Source: Takakia lepidozioides
Taxonomy: Eukaryota; Plantae; Bryophyta
Length of the DNA stretch: 64,000 bases
Direction: 5' to 3'
Assembly: GCA_030704615.1 (NCBI GenBank)
Contig: CM060733.1
Coordinates: 52,638,001-52,702,000 of the forward strand
Part shown: one piece after another, positions 1 to 12,639 of the stretch
How the letters are laid out: every line of letters begins with the position of its first letter
How positions within the stretch are numbered: the first letter of the stretch is position 1
Notes under the pieces: generated by a model
What the model was told of the DNA's origin: nothing
Databases searched by the model: none
What the model saw: the letters and a program-made list of their open reading frames with translations, nothing else
Made by a program: the position numbers and the translations under genes

Positions 1-544
1 ATATATATATTGCAGATTTTAGTATGCAAAGTGCAGCAAGCTTGCTTAAAAAGAAGAATTCCTAGACTTCTGTCCTTATCTATAAAATTTCGAGGCCTCC
101 TTCCCTCTTATGTTTAAATTTAAAGAAAAGAAAAAAACTGATTGTAGCCTCATCGTCGAACATGTCAGCATTTGCAATGAGGTCCTCATATTCATCAATC
201 ATATTGTAAATCGAAAAAGGAAATCCTTGATCCCTTGCCCGACAACCTGCGCTGCTGCTGGGGGTGGGCCCGCAGAGAAATACTCCCTAATGTGCTAAAA
301 AATGGAGAATAGTGGCGGGCCCTTGGGGCTGGACAAGCCCTGATCCTCTATATGTGCACCCGCCCAACTTCACATTGACCTAGGTATTGGAATTGCCAAT
401 ATCAGCCCGAATTAAGTTCATATAAGTTAACCCTAGTATTACAACAGCCAATACCTTAATTAAAATAAAAACAAATATTAGCCGGATCGATTATTTAATA
501 CCCGAGTTGATACCTGGCCAGCCATATATACCAGTCCAACACTC
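1..544. mobile_element. hAT-type non-autonomous element, partial (begins before the window); same family as 41242-41993
   Basis: Co-linear similarity to 41580-41993 (ttgcagattttagtat, ggggtgggcccgc, ccttggggctggaca, gtattggaattgccaata) and ends in the TIR ccaacactc at 544. Confidence 0.75.
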
Positions 545-561
545 GTAAGTTAATGCATTGT

Positions 562-746
562 CTAGACCGTGGTTTGAACCCACAACCACATCCAACGTTG
601 TATGTGCCCATTACCACTCGGCTACATGCTGGTTGTCACGAAGGTGTCCACATTTCAGCTGGTGGAAGGCAGTAGCCTTTGTGGTGAAAGAGACACCATA
701 ATTTAGGCTCCCTTTGGAGGCAACTATATATATTTTTTATTATTTC
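562..746 (+). mobile_element. tRNA-derived SINE copy with inverted 5' head
   Basis: Flanked by direct repeats TTAATGCATTGT (550-561) and TTAATGCATCGT (747-758). Body 633-725 and AT-rich tail are on +. The tRNA-like head 567-632 (A box tagccgagtgg, B box ggttcaaacc) is on -. Homologous to 35474-35659. Confidence 0.8.
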
Positions 747-1089
747 TTAATGCATCGTGCTCACAGTACTTTCGTCGGATTCCAACAGCCTGGGTGCCTC
801 CAGCCCCTGTCAAATCCTCCCCACCCTCTCTTACCTCGATTCACTATTAAATACTTAAGAATCCGATAGGGTTTTATGTTGTGGTGGGTAGCATGTTGGT
901 AAGGTGATTGCAGTGCAGGTGGCGAGGATCTAGGTCCGATTCCTGATGAGAGGCTATTGTAGTGTAACCCGGTAACTGGTAGCCCAATCGGTGTAAATAC
1001 CCTTTGTAACCCCGGTCTCTCATGTAACTCTTCTTAGTCTATTTTATACTTAGCCAAATTTGGACAGTCAAATTTCGAGACCACCAACT

Positions 1090-1240
1090 GGAGTTACACT
1101 CCATTCTGTGTAACCCCGAGTGGAGTTACACACCCCATGCAGTGTAACCCCGCTTGGAGTTACACACCCCATGCAGTGTAACCCCGCTTGGAGTTACACT
1201 CCCCATTTGTGTAACCCAGCGTAACCCCGACTGGAGTTTT
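1090..1240. repeat. 34-bp tandem repeat with internal palindrome GTGTAAC...GTTACAC
   Basis: Units start at 1108, 1142, 1176 and 1209; degenerate related motifs extend back to ~960. Confidence 0.8.
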
Positions 1241-2492
1241 CATGTCACTCTCAAGAGATATTGGGGAAGATTTGACATGCTGGAAACCGGGCCTACCGTC
1301 CTGTCAGAGGTTACATAGGTGCATTAAGTTCTTATCTCATTCCTATTATCTTCCAATATAGGCATATATATATATATATATGTTCCATAGGACTTCAACT
1401 ATCCGACCAGAAGCAGAAGGAAAAGCTCCTTGGAACTTGTCTTGTGGTAAGTAGGGAATGCGGGCCCACAGCCAGAGTGTGTGGTCACACAGCGTGTGTG
1501 GTCACAGCGTGTGCCTCTCTTCCTCACAGATTTCTCGAGTTTTTGTAAACGAGTTTATCGACCGCCAATATTGACGTTTAGTACTAAACCGAGACGTATG
1601 GCGGTGAAAAATGAGGAGATCTGACTATTGGATGCCAAGAAGCTTCTCTTCTGGCGGTTTGACCTACCACTGTCGGAGTGTTTTGTAAGTAGATAAGTCA
1701 GGCTACGGTACTTGCGCTAATCTGTCCCCTCGCTTGTGTTTTCATCACGAAACTGCTATGGATTGAGATGTTTCTCTGCCTGGAGCAATTAAAGGTGCAA
1801 GTTTCCTCTTCCTCCATTTTTATGATCAATTGAGCCATTGCCTGCTGGTTTCTCTTGCCGCTGGACTCATAATGTGTTTGACGAGCTTAAACTACTGTGT
1901 GGCCAGGGAGCTGTGGAGATGAGGGTTGCTGCATAGCCGGGCCTGCTCCTGCTCTGCTATGATAGTATTCATGGCTGAATGGCTGAGCTAAGGCAATTTC
2001 TGTCTTCAAGAATGTTCATGTCGTTCTTCTCTTACTTTGGGTGGACGCTACTCGCGTCACTTTAGAGTGGAGCAGTTGTTCGTGCGGGTTATCTTGCGAC
2101 TTTAATTCGCCGAGGGCCTTAAACGGTTAGGTTTCAAATGGCTGTCCTTCGCTTTCTGTAAGCTCAAGTGGTTGTATGGTAGTTTCACTGTGGAGGCGAG
2201 CAAATCTTTCTGAGTTTCAGGAGCAAGAAGTTCTTGTCCCTCCTTTGCGGTCAGTTATAATATTCGTTCCTCTTCCTTCTTTCATTCTCTCTGTCGCCTC
2301 ACTCAATTCCTGTATCTATTAGCAATTAGAAACGGACGGTTGATTAACTAGCGACCCGATCAAGCCCTACTGTAACCAGTAACAGCCACCGGGCAATCGT
2401 ATCAGTATCAAAGCAAAGGCGGTCCTAGGGAGATTTTACTTTGCAGCGAGCGTGTACTTGCGAAGACAATCAAAGGTTTCATAAGTTGCTGA

Positions 2493-3401
2493 ATGGCTAG
2501 CAGCAATGCATTAATTTTTTGTGTGCCAATAGGATTGAGCTACTCGCGAGAAAGGTGTATTTCTCCTAGTCATGCCAGCCTTCGCACGCGTGGTACAAGC
2601 AGGGTGAAATCGCACCTTGGGGGGCTCAGCTTGAAGCACAGAAGATTAGGATTCAGCATGCAGAAGCCTAGGAATCACCGATACACGTCTCCAGCAGCAA
2701 TACCATCAAGGGAGGGAATTGATGTGTCACATGACCCAACCTTCTATGAGCTCTTAGGACTCCCTCAAGACGTTGCGCTTCCTGATATAAAGCTGGCATA
2801 CCGACAAATGGCGCTACGCTATCATCCCGATGTGTGTTCCCCCCACGAATTAGACGAGTGTACAAAAAGATTTATGGAAGTTCAAGAAGCATATGAAACA
2901 CTTTCAGATCCAAGGAGAAGAGCGATGTATGATGCTGATATCTCTTTTGGCTCCAGGAGGCGTTGGGATCTTGATGACAAGGTCTGTGTTCTCACACGTA
3001 TCTATAATTGACCCTACAGATGCACTTTACATGCTCCTGCTCATGTTTTTCTCTTAATTGGAGTGATACCTCCCACAATATAGGTCTGTTCTGCATTTTT
3101 AGTCATTTTTATCTGAATCACCTTTGACTTGGCTGGAACAGCGCATCATCAAGGCTCTTTCAGCAGATCAGCTTGGCCCTACTTCGTGCACCTAGTGCTG
3201 ACAATTGGCAATCGCCATTGTGAGGGAAAAAAATTTAATCTTACTTTCGCACATGCATACCTTGAATTGCAGGAAGTGGGTGACTGGAGAACACAGTGGG
3301 AAGGTCAATTATCAAGACTGAAGTACAGGAATTTCGCAAAGGATGCTGATTCAGACTCATGGGGTGCAAGAATGCGTCGGCGGCAGCAGCAGCAGACATA
3401 G
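2493..3401 (+). CDS. J20: Chloroplast small J-domain protein, J20/DJC26-like; exons 2493-2981 and 3273-3401
   Basis: Transit-peptide-like N-terminus and a J domain with HPD motif (YRQMALRYHPDVC). Phase-0 GT..AG intron 2982-3272. C-terminal WEGQLSRLK...SWGARMRR motif typical of J20. Confidence 0.85.
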
Positions 3402-4545
3402 GGTTCCTACACTCTACTGGAACATGTCCAAATGGAGGGTTGGAATATTTATTGACAAAGCGTCACAATCTTGCTAAGTAGCTCGAAGCTGCTCCCACGT
3501 TGTATACTAAATTGCATTACAAGACCATCACAGCGCTCACTCAAGAAGTGCTTCTGTGTCCATGCACAGTTTGTCCATGGAGTTCCAGAAGCTTTGGCAT
3601 CCAATCAGAAACGAAAGGAAGTTTTGGTTCTTTGTTGTGTGGTCACACAACTTTGTGCTTGCTGACAACACTCTTAATAGTCTTTGACTTGTCATGTCAG
3701 TTGCATGACTCTAAACCCACCAGCTGTAATTAACATGGTTTTGCAGGACAAAAGACTCCAAGCAAATTCCAGCTTGAGGTTCTATGTTCCAGCTTGAGGT
3801 GCCGTAAATCCGTTGGATGGCAAACACTTGAGCTTTATGTTCTAGTTGTACAGTCTTGCTGAGCTGAGACAATTTGAAAACCCCTTGTATTACTCTTTGC
3901 TTGATATAATCGTACTTGGTACCAACTCTACTCCTCCTATTCACCCTGACTGGCAAGGCAAAGCAAGTGACATTTGGTCCAATACCAGAGAGCACCAACG
4001 ACCTTCCTACTCCACCCACCTGCCTCACAAAGGAACCCTACTGGAGCTCACTCATGCATCCCTTAATCCTCATCTTCCCCCAATCTTCTGCCAGCCCTAA
4101 TTGATGTGTCTGGAAGGCTTGGCAACAACAAAGCTTGGATGTAGCCTTGCATATGCCTACATCACTTGTAAATCCTCATCCCCCAACCCCCCTGCCCCTG
4201 GTACACTCATCCATTGGATTGTTAGACTCCACCTTTCCCATGATTTGGCACCATGCTTTGAAAACTCCAGTCATGGGCTACAAAGACTGCGATGAAACAT
4301 CAGCAGGGGAGTCAACGTGGGGTGGACCACACCATCCAGAAAACAATCCAAGCTACACCAAGCACACAGACTTAACACATAGATAACAACAAAAAAGCAC
4401 CCCCGCACTGAATTATTCTCATCTCCCTCGCTGTAATCCGAAGGGTGTTCCCCCTGGATGGCATAGCTGAGACCTGAGACGTGGATTGACGGTAGTGGGT
4501 ATGTGCACATTCACTTGTAGATGAGTTCTGTGCATGGATGAAGAA

Positions 4546-4640
4546 ACACGTGGCAGACGGTGGTCCCACACGTGGCGATTCGGCTGTAGCATGTGTAACC
4601 CAATGGTTCGCTGATTGTTTTTCTGGTATGGACACGTGCC
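4546..4640 (+). promoter_or_regulatory. ABRE/G-box cluster upstream of the membrane-protein gene
   Basis: ACACGTGGC at 4546-4554 and 4568-4576, and ACACGTG at 4632-4638, about 280-370 bp upstream of the ATG at 4914. Confidence 0.6.
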
Positions 4641-4913
4641 TGCATGAGGTAGCCCTGGGCGCAGTATGTAAATGTTCACCGTCTCCTCGCAGTAAAACAG
4701 GCTTCATCATCTGCTTGCTGCTGCTGCTTACGTTCCTGATCGTGATTACGCTTTTCGAAGGTGACTGTGCAAGTAGTTATACTGGGAGGTAGTTTGGCAG
4801 GATTGTTTGGATTGCTCGGGCCAGAGTTTATCCGGAAATTCTCGCTGCTCGCAAGTGAGTCTTCGAATTGCGGAAGTGTGTACAATTTGGTGGCGGGCTG
4901 GTAGATAGCGGCT

Positions 4914-6128
4914 ATGGAGGTGTTACCGGCAGGAGACAAGATCGGTGACTACGATTCCAGAATAGATCCGGACGCTCCGAAAGAGCAACAGAAGGTAACG
5001 CAACTTCTGCCTATATAGACTGCATGAGGTTGTATACTTCTTCGCGTTTGCTGGCTGTGCGTCCCTCTGCAAGTCCAGGAGACGGGACATCAGTGACCTT
5101 GAATCACCCCAAGCTTGAATTTTCAAGCTGTTGATCGTCTATGTGTTTCTTATCCTAGAAGGTCTGATTGAGCAACCTACACTAAGGCATTTGTTTCGAA
5201 GCTCAGGTCAATGACCAATTTATCTTCTAGAGGAGGGTGGTGTACCCCGAGGCCTGTGCCAGGAGGAAGCTGCCCACTGTTTCATCGGTTTTTAGTTGAG
5301 CGTGGCATAGTAACGTAACTTGGCGCTTCTCGAATTTCTGTTTGGATCGTATCTGAATTTCTTAAGGACATCGCATCCTGATCTGTTTTTGTTTCTGTAC
5401 CACAGGCGGTTGCTGAGAAGAGGAAGAAAAAGCATGGCATCTTCGCCTCATCCTCCCTTGTACAATTACATGTTATCACCCTGGTGGTCGTTCTCACAGC
5501 GAGCGGCCTAGTTCCCCTGGATGACATCGCGTTTGTGGTGTTGATATCCATGTACGTGTGTTTCCTGCTGAGATTCGTGTTTCCTGCTCCCACATCCGGT
5601 TCCCCTCCAAACGTAATGTCTGGAAATCTGTTGATGGGAAAGTATACGGCAATGTCTGCGGTGGTTGGCCTAGTGTTGCCAATGGGATACATCCTGGGGG
5701 CTTTCGTCCACGGGGACGTGAAGGCCCTACACGCAGCTGCACCTCATCTGTTTCTCCTTGCCTGCCAAGTGCTGAGCGAGAATGTTGTCTTTGGGAGGGA
5801 CGGTATATCACTGCCGATTCGCGCATTAGTGCCAATCTTCTACAACACACGCAGGCTGTTCACGCTCATGACCTGGCTCAAGATTGATCTGAACAAGGGA
5901 GTGGAGAGTGTTGGAATGCATGGGACAGGCATCCCCATCACAGCACCCCAGTGGATTTTGTTTGGCCGGGGCCTGGCAGCTCTCAACTTGGTTCTCTGGA
6001 CCTTCAATCTCTTCTTTTTCTTGCTGCCTGTGTTTTTGCCCCGGACATTCAAGAAGCATTACGAGATGGAGGCAGCAGCTGTAGAAAAGCGCTCCAAAGA
6101 CAAACAAGATGGAATATCCCAAAAATGA
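4914..6128 (+). CDS. Conserved plant multi-pass membrane protein (resembles the Arabidopsis At5g52420/At5g23920 family); exons 4914-4994 and 5406-6128
   Basis: Exon 1 MEVLPAGDK...KEQQK ends at aag|gtaacg. Acceptor cacag| at 5405 continues in frame into the hydrophobic ORF (LTASGLV, GLVLPMGYI, AAAPHLFLLACQV, LPIRALVPIFYNTRRL). Confidence 0.8.
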
Positions 6129-8478
6129 GGATACTTTGCAGAAATTTAGAGACCCAGGAAACGCTGGGATTTAGTTATTCTCTCACTGGACTCGTGCAAT
6201 AGGAATCCACGAGGCTAACCGAAGTTTAATCTAGTGAATGGTCAAAATTTGACCCTGCATGTACTGTATTCATATTCATGCACCCTAAACCAGTCAAAGA
6301 CCAAACAAAGTTGGCAACTTGGCATTGGTCTAGATGTGAAGCAGCAAAAATGTGGTCACCAGTTTTAAGAAACAGTTGTACAGAAACTGCTCATTTTCTG
6401 ACAAACTCGAGTGTTCAGATTGAATGTCATGGTTGGATCTCTTGTACCGGGTGGCTGATGAACTTACAGATCTGAAGTGTCCAAGTTGGGCACTTTCTCT
6501 CACTATATTACTAACAATATCTTTACCCTATCTACCTGCTGCATCTACAATACCTCACCCGAAACACATTCATCACAAAATTATCTAGATCTGGTGAGTA
6601 ACTAACTGTAGGGAGAGTCGACAACAACCAACCTCCGAGATAGTTCACATCAAAGTTCTCAAAAACTACTACAGAAAGTTGAATTTCAACTAATCATACA
6701 ACTCTAGTTCAAGGCATTTAAAGTACCTTTAATAACGTTTATGAAGATGAAAATGCTGGTCAAGGCTTAAGCCTGCATAGTTCAACTAGGCCAGTGGGCT
6801 TTAGGAGGTAAACACAAAGACGCCCCACTGGCACAAAAGATTTAGCCAGCTGGAGTGCCTAGTGATTAGAACCTTACCTCAGATACGAAGGAGTATCTTC
6901 CATTGTGGTAAACTCTGTAATGAGAGACAAAGCGGGGAAAGGAGCTGCATTCAATGGAAGGTTTCCAGTAGCTCCTTCCCTGTGTAGCAACACAGACAGA
7001 GTTTGCATGAAAAGAGCTCTCTACTCTTCTCTTCCTCCTATCCCTCAGCCCTTCTGAAGTGTTAGAAATGTGTTCAGCTGCAAGACCACTAATTCATTGC
7101 AAGCTTCCTCTGCTTCCTATGCTCTTGGGGTGTTATGAGGCATTAAGCTTCATGCATGCTGACTGGACTGATCTGAAAGCCCCTTTACAACTTATGAGGT
7201 TTTAAGGTTCCACTCGTTCCATAGAATTAACAAATAGAGCATTCTCAGAAGGGCTTCCAGGATGCTGAATTTATTTTTACTGCAGCAGCGCTTGACACCA
7301 TAAGACAGCAGTTTAAGTAGAAAGGGCCGACAGTGTCAGTGTCAATGTCTGACTAAATACAGTCATTCCTCTGTTATGAGATCTAAAGCATTGAAGTGAT
7401 ACAAATTCTACTTACCCAAAATTTGTGAACCCATAAGGAATGGCCCTATCTGGAGGCCAGGCAAATTGTGCAAAGTGTCTACATCATGTCAAAAGTTGTG
7501 GGATTCCCTTTTCATGAAAAAGGGTTGGATTGTTAGTAACTTCTTTCCAGGAATATGGCCATAATTTCCAGTGAATCTGTCGCTGGAAATTGTACCCACA
7601 TTCTAAACCATCTCTACCTTCTATACAAGTGAACCGGATTTTCACTGTATTTCACAGGGGGTTACAGTAAAATAAAGTAATATAAAAGTTTGTTTAACAT
7701 CCAGTGAATTTACAGAGCCTACATACTGCTCAACACACAGTGAAAGTTCACTGACGCTCGGCTTACTGGCCTCATGTCAGTGCAGTCATCTTACCCCCTG
7801 TAAAAAACTGAAAATCCCATCCCCTATTACACAACAGACCAGAGACTGGGGGTCGTGGAGCAGGTAAGTAGAACCACCGCAGTGACAGGGTCTCATTTCC
7901 TAGTATACACTCTTACTTTTAAGACATGGGCCAGTCCAGAAAGCAATACCTTTCAGAAGGCAGCTTGAGGAGATGGCTGCAAACACATACACAGCTTGGT
8001 TATTCATTATACATTCCTATAGACCTCATGATCCTAGGGGACCTTCATGCCTAAGTTTTTCCGCTTAATTTCAGGCCACCATGTCATGCAGTTAAGGTTG
8101 CCACTGTATGTAGTCAAGTGTCAAAAGTGGAACAGCCATGCTAGAGTTTAAAGTGGTAGTCCAAACCAGTCCAATCCTGCTATGGACGAGACTAGAGAGC
8201 TCCTGCCAGATGAAAGATTCATCATTGAACATGTATGCCAAAACTGTTTTACAAGTGTCCAGAACTCCATTGAAGCCAAACTACTGCCACTGGTACTCCT
8301 AAGTTGGCTTCCTGGACATGGGCACCGCTGGTAATGCACAGGTATTTAAATCAGAGTCTCCGTACAGCACTAAGAAAAAGCTCAGAAGACCCCAATGCAA
8401 GGTTGTTCTCTCAAACATTGTCACAGGTAAGATGCATAATGTTCATCAGCCAACTCCATCACCCTGAAGTGGCAGATT

Positions 8479-10304
8479 CTATTCAATGTTGATGAACTCA
8501 TACCTAAACTTCAAGCCAAGCACCCTGAAAAAGAATGAGTCGGCCTCTGGTTCACAATTCTTCATCTGAGAGACTCTGATGTTAAGGCGCTGAAGCTTAG
8601 GGCTGCATTTGACCAGTGTCTCCAAGGTAGCCAACTTCTGCTCAGCATTTAACTGAGATCGAATGGTCAGCCAGGCCTCTTCCAAACATGGGATAATAGT
8701 TGCTGGAGTCAGCTGCAAATACAGAGCCACATACAGGTTGAGCGTCGAATAAACAAGTGGATTGTAGCAGATTGACATGCAGTACCAAGGGTCAGCTGAG
8801 AGTCCTTATCTTAAAGAGATCAATCTCACTTCCATTTTCCACATGTCATTACAATCCTTGAAACCATTACATTCCACGAATTGGAGCAACAACTAGCATG
8901 ATCAGGAACAGAATGGACTATTGATCCCTGCAAAACACAGCTGGAAGTGAATAATTGCTCAAACCTGTCTAAGACTGCTCTTCTGTGCTAGAGCAGCAAA
9001 CATAGCCCCTTGCGCCTCCAAACTTCTTAGCTTGGGGTGAGCAGCAAAGAAGTCAACAAAATCTAACTCGGGAAAGGGCTCCAGCTTGTCAGCATCCCCA
9101 CAGAATTCCACTCTCATCGCCAGTTCCTTCAGTTCTGTGGCTGACTGGAGGACCGTATTGATAGCCTCCCAGCACCAGTGTACCCCTCGCAGTGAAAGCG
9201 ATTCCAGATTTGGTAGCCTTCCAACATCCAACTTCTTGACTTTACCTGTTCCAGAAGAACATTTTTAAGACTCAGACCAACTCGTAAGTAGATTTGAGTA
9301 AGTCACCGCCTCATCATAAAAGCACATCCGAGTAGAGCACAACCGCCATGTCGATTGCAGCTGTATGGGCTCCAGAAAGGAACGGAAGTTGAACAGACAG
9401 AAGCAAAGATTGGATGCTCGAAGGCAAATGACAGTCTCCCAAAATTTAACTTCTACTTGAAGACCACGCTATGACCCCAGTACACAATAGAACTTGAAGC
9501 AACCTGCATCACACCTGAATTGTTCGCCACTGACAGATGGCACAAGCAGTGATCTCCTTTGATTCGCAACCAGGAAGCCCCCTGAGTTTCAAGGAGTTGC
9601 AAGCGCGGAGCAATGATGGAGACGATGCAATCACCGGCCCCAAAGAAGTCTAGTCTGCAGTGTGTCAACCGCTCCAGCTCTATGCATGCTACGCGGATGC
9701 CTTCGCAGCCCAACAGAGTGAGGTTTGTTAGAAGAGGGCATGCGTGCAGAATGCCGCACAAAGCCGAATCACGCAAACGCGCCCCGACCACGGCAAGGGT
9801 GTGCAAATTATGGAAGCAGCGCCAGTCAGGAGGGGTGTGAGTGAGGAGGACACCCCAGAGGCGGAGAGTGTGCAAATTTACGGACTGAGCCACGCAATCC
9901 AGCTTGCTGACGCTGCTGTTAGTGGTTCTTGTCTCAGTGAGATCGTCAACGCGAAGCTCAAGGATCTGCAGAGAATCTTTCGTATGGGAGAGCCAGGCAA
10001 GCAGGCTCACATCTGAGAATGGGCAATAGACAATGAGTTCATGCAAGGCTGTCATGCCAAGGACCACGCGAGTGACGATGAGATCAGGTAAAAGGCCCTT
10101 CTCGTACCCTACATTGCGTGGGAAGTACAGACTGTTCAGCAGTGTCATGGCTTCCTTCCATCTTCTACATACGCAAGAGCACACCGCTACATCTTTCGCA
10201 TTTCGCACGTTACTAAGAATATGTTGCACAATAGCATCCGGTAGCACTTCCATGCCTTCAGATTCATCCATGTGCCTCATTTGTCCGAAGGATGTTTGGT
10301 GCAT
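8479..10304 (-). CDS. F-box/LRR(RNI-like) protein, At1g10780-like; exons 10304-9515, 9245-8965, 8712-8479 (start may be a downstream ATG)
   Basis: N-terminal F-box (LPDAIVQHILS...CSCVCRRWK) and LRR-like body. Two GT-AG introns join the three ORF-track segments in frame. Confidence 0.88.
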
Positions 10305-10761
10305 AGAATCCCGGTCAGAGCAAATATTTCTGTCTGCTCAATCACTTACGTTCAGACCTGGCAAAGAAGACAGGCAAAAATGCTCATATGTGAGATTCGG
10401 CTAAATTCTATCACTAGACTGCAGTTTCAGACTAAGAATCAGATTACCTGCAGGGAGAATGCATTCGGACAAGCAAGCAATCTCCTAGATTCTACAAAGG
10501 AGATAAGATTCCTCTCATACTCAGCTGTTGGACATACTTCAATCAAAATAGAAGTGCGTGCCAAGGGGTGGCACTACCTTTGCGATGTGGTCTCGGTAGG
10601 AGCCGCTGATGCAGGAGGTTGCAAGCTATGCAGCAGAATTGCCAGTAAAAAACAGGAGCCTAGAAACTCGGACAAAGCCAATCCTACCATGGCCGGAGAG
10701 TGCAATCCTTGGTGCCAAATTGTACCTGGAAAATTAAACCCCTTCGTAATTGCAAGGTTCA

Positions 10762-11125
10762 GAGTTCAGAGAGACTCAACACACATCATTGTCAGAACTG
10801 AGAAAATGCCAACAGCAGGCGAGGTTTTTCTTATCTGGAGCGACAGTGCATGAAACGCATCATAATGGCGGGAAATCAGAAGCGGAGAGTGAGAAACTGA
10901 GAACGATGGATTCTGTGCAAGAAACAGGGAGTGATTGTTGGGAGTTCAGAGAGACTCAACACACATCATTGTTAGAACTGAGAAAATGCCAACAGCAGGC
11001 GAGGTTTTCCTTATCTAGAGCGACAGTGCATGAAACGCATCATAATGGCGGGAAATCAGAAGCGGAGAGTGAGAAACTGAAAGCGATGGATTCTGTGCAA
11101 GAAGCAGGGAGTGATTGTTGGGAGC
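10762..11125. repeat. 180-bp tandem duplication (2 copies) upstream of the F-box gene
   Basis: gagttcagagagactcaacacacatc recurs at 10762 and 10942; the two units are near-identical. Confidence 0.9.
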
Positions 11126-11935
11126 CTGGAGCGATGGAGCGACAGACATTCCTGGAGACGAAAGGGCGGGCAGAGCAGAGCAGAGCAGCGCGGTAACTTT
11201 TCAACTTGCCTCCACCCCGCCCTTCCGGTCACTGTCACTCGTACTCCTTGGAGGGAAACCTCATGTTCTCATATTTCCCATGTTGTTTTCAAAGAAAGTA
11301 TCACGTTCTTATGCTGTTCATGTCCCTCTTGCATGTACCGACTTGTTTACATCAGACGAGGGGGTGGGTAGAAATAGGCCGGGTATAGGGTCGTATATTT
11401 TGGTATATTCGTATTCGAAGGCGAGGGAGACAGAATATCCGCGCGATGCCTCGAATGGAGTGTTGGCGGCCGAAACGTATGCTCGCAGGATGTCCTCGGC
11501 TGGAACGATCGGTGGGATCGACTGCAGGAGGTTTCTATAAGTAAATCTCGGCGTCGGAGATGTCTCACAGCCAGCTCCAGTTGGTTCAAGTAGGAAATAC
11601 GCTGCTGCGTCCTTCAGTGTTTCATAGTTGTGGCTCTTTTCTGGAAGTTTGCTAATTCAGAACGTCTCTTTGGACCTTCTCTGCTAGTGGTTCAGAACAT
11701 ATTGCTTCCTTTTGTCGTTTACTATTCCGACCCTAATTAACCTACATGATTTTCTTACTCCCAGTCTATATCTTGCTAGATTTTTCAGCTTGCTGTGTGC
11801 TCTCTCTCTCTCTACGGCTCTTTCTTCATTGCATCCCTCTCTAGATCGTAAACTGTTAATCTCCTTCTTTTACCGTTAAATCTTAATTTGCTTCTCTGGT
11901 TTGGTTTTCTACGAACACATTCGAACGCCCACAGG

Positions 11936-12451
11936 ATGGACGCCATGTCCAGCTCGAGAAAAGAATCTGGAGCTATTGCAGAAGTGTTCAGTGTGGATGC
12001 CCCGTCCGGCTCAAGAAAAGAACCTGGAACTGTCACAGAAGTGTTCAGCGACTTTGTGGGGAGGAGGGCTGCCATGCTGAAGGCCCTCACAACCGACGTT
12101 GAAGAATTTTACCGCCAGTGTGATCCAGAAGCGCTAAATCTGTGCTTATATGGTTGTCCCGATGGAAGATGGTTTGTGACTTGGCCAGAATTTTCGAAGC
12201 CTTCAAACCTCCCGGAACCGGCAGTGGGAATCAACTTTGCTAGAGATGGTATGAAACGGGAGGGCTGGTTGACTATGGTGGCTGCCCACAGTGATTCCTG
12301 GCTTATATCACTGGCACAGTATTACGCTACAGTTCTATTTGACAAAAGTGGAAGAGAACTACTCTTTGACATGATCTTTTCACTGCCAACTTTGTTTGAC
12401 GAAATGACAGGACAACATCTCAGGACAAACTACTCACAAGGAGAAAGCTGA
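11936..12451 (+). CDS. Intronless Alfin-like (PAL/DUF3594) domain protein lacking the PHD finger
   Basis: [54 protein letters not shown] and VAAHSDSWL match the Alfin domain; stop codon follows directly after the domain. Confidence 0.8.
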   Translation: MDAMSSSRKESGAIAEVFSVDAPSGSRKEPGTVTEVFSDFVGRRAAMLKALTTDVEEFYRQCDPEALNLCLYGCPDGRWFVTWPEFSKPSNLPEPAVGINFARDGMKREGWLTMVAAHSDSWLISLAQYYATVLFDKSGRELLFDMIFSLPTLFDEMTGQHLRTNYSQGES

Positions 12452-12639
12452 GAACTTTGGAATGAAAGCCAAGAGTAGAGCCTGGCTGAAGCGACAGCAG
12501 ATTATTGCCTTTGAAACAAAAATAATAATCACATCGGTGGAACAAATAACCACCGTATGGACCGTGAAGGCTTAGTGGGGAAACTACTATGGGGAAACTC
12601 CCATGTTTCATCTAGGTTTCATCTTTGCATTTGGTATAT

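Noticed and set aside
1090-1240. CRISPR-like palindromic array
   Set aside because: No unique spacers, eukaryotic context, and no cas genes.
3740-4400. Possible LINE endonuclease remnant
   Set aside because: Only weak motif hints; not supportable without a search.
4538-4792. 84-aa ORF or uORF upstream of the membrane-protein gene
   Set aside because: It overlaps the ABRE promoter region and has no homology cues.
10750-11196. 148-aa repeat ORF
   Set aside because: A by-product of the 180-bp duplication, with a non-ATG start and no recognisable motif.
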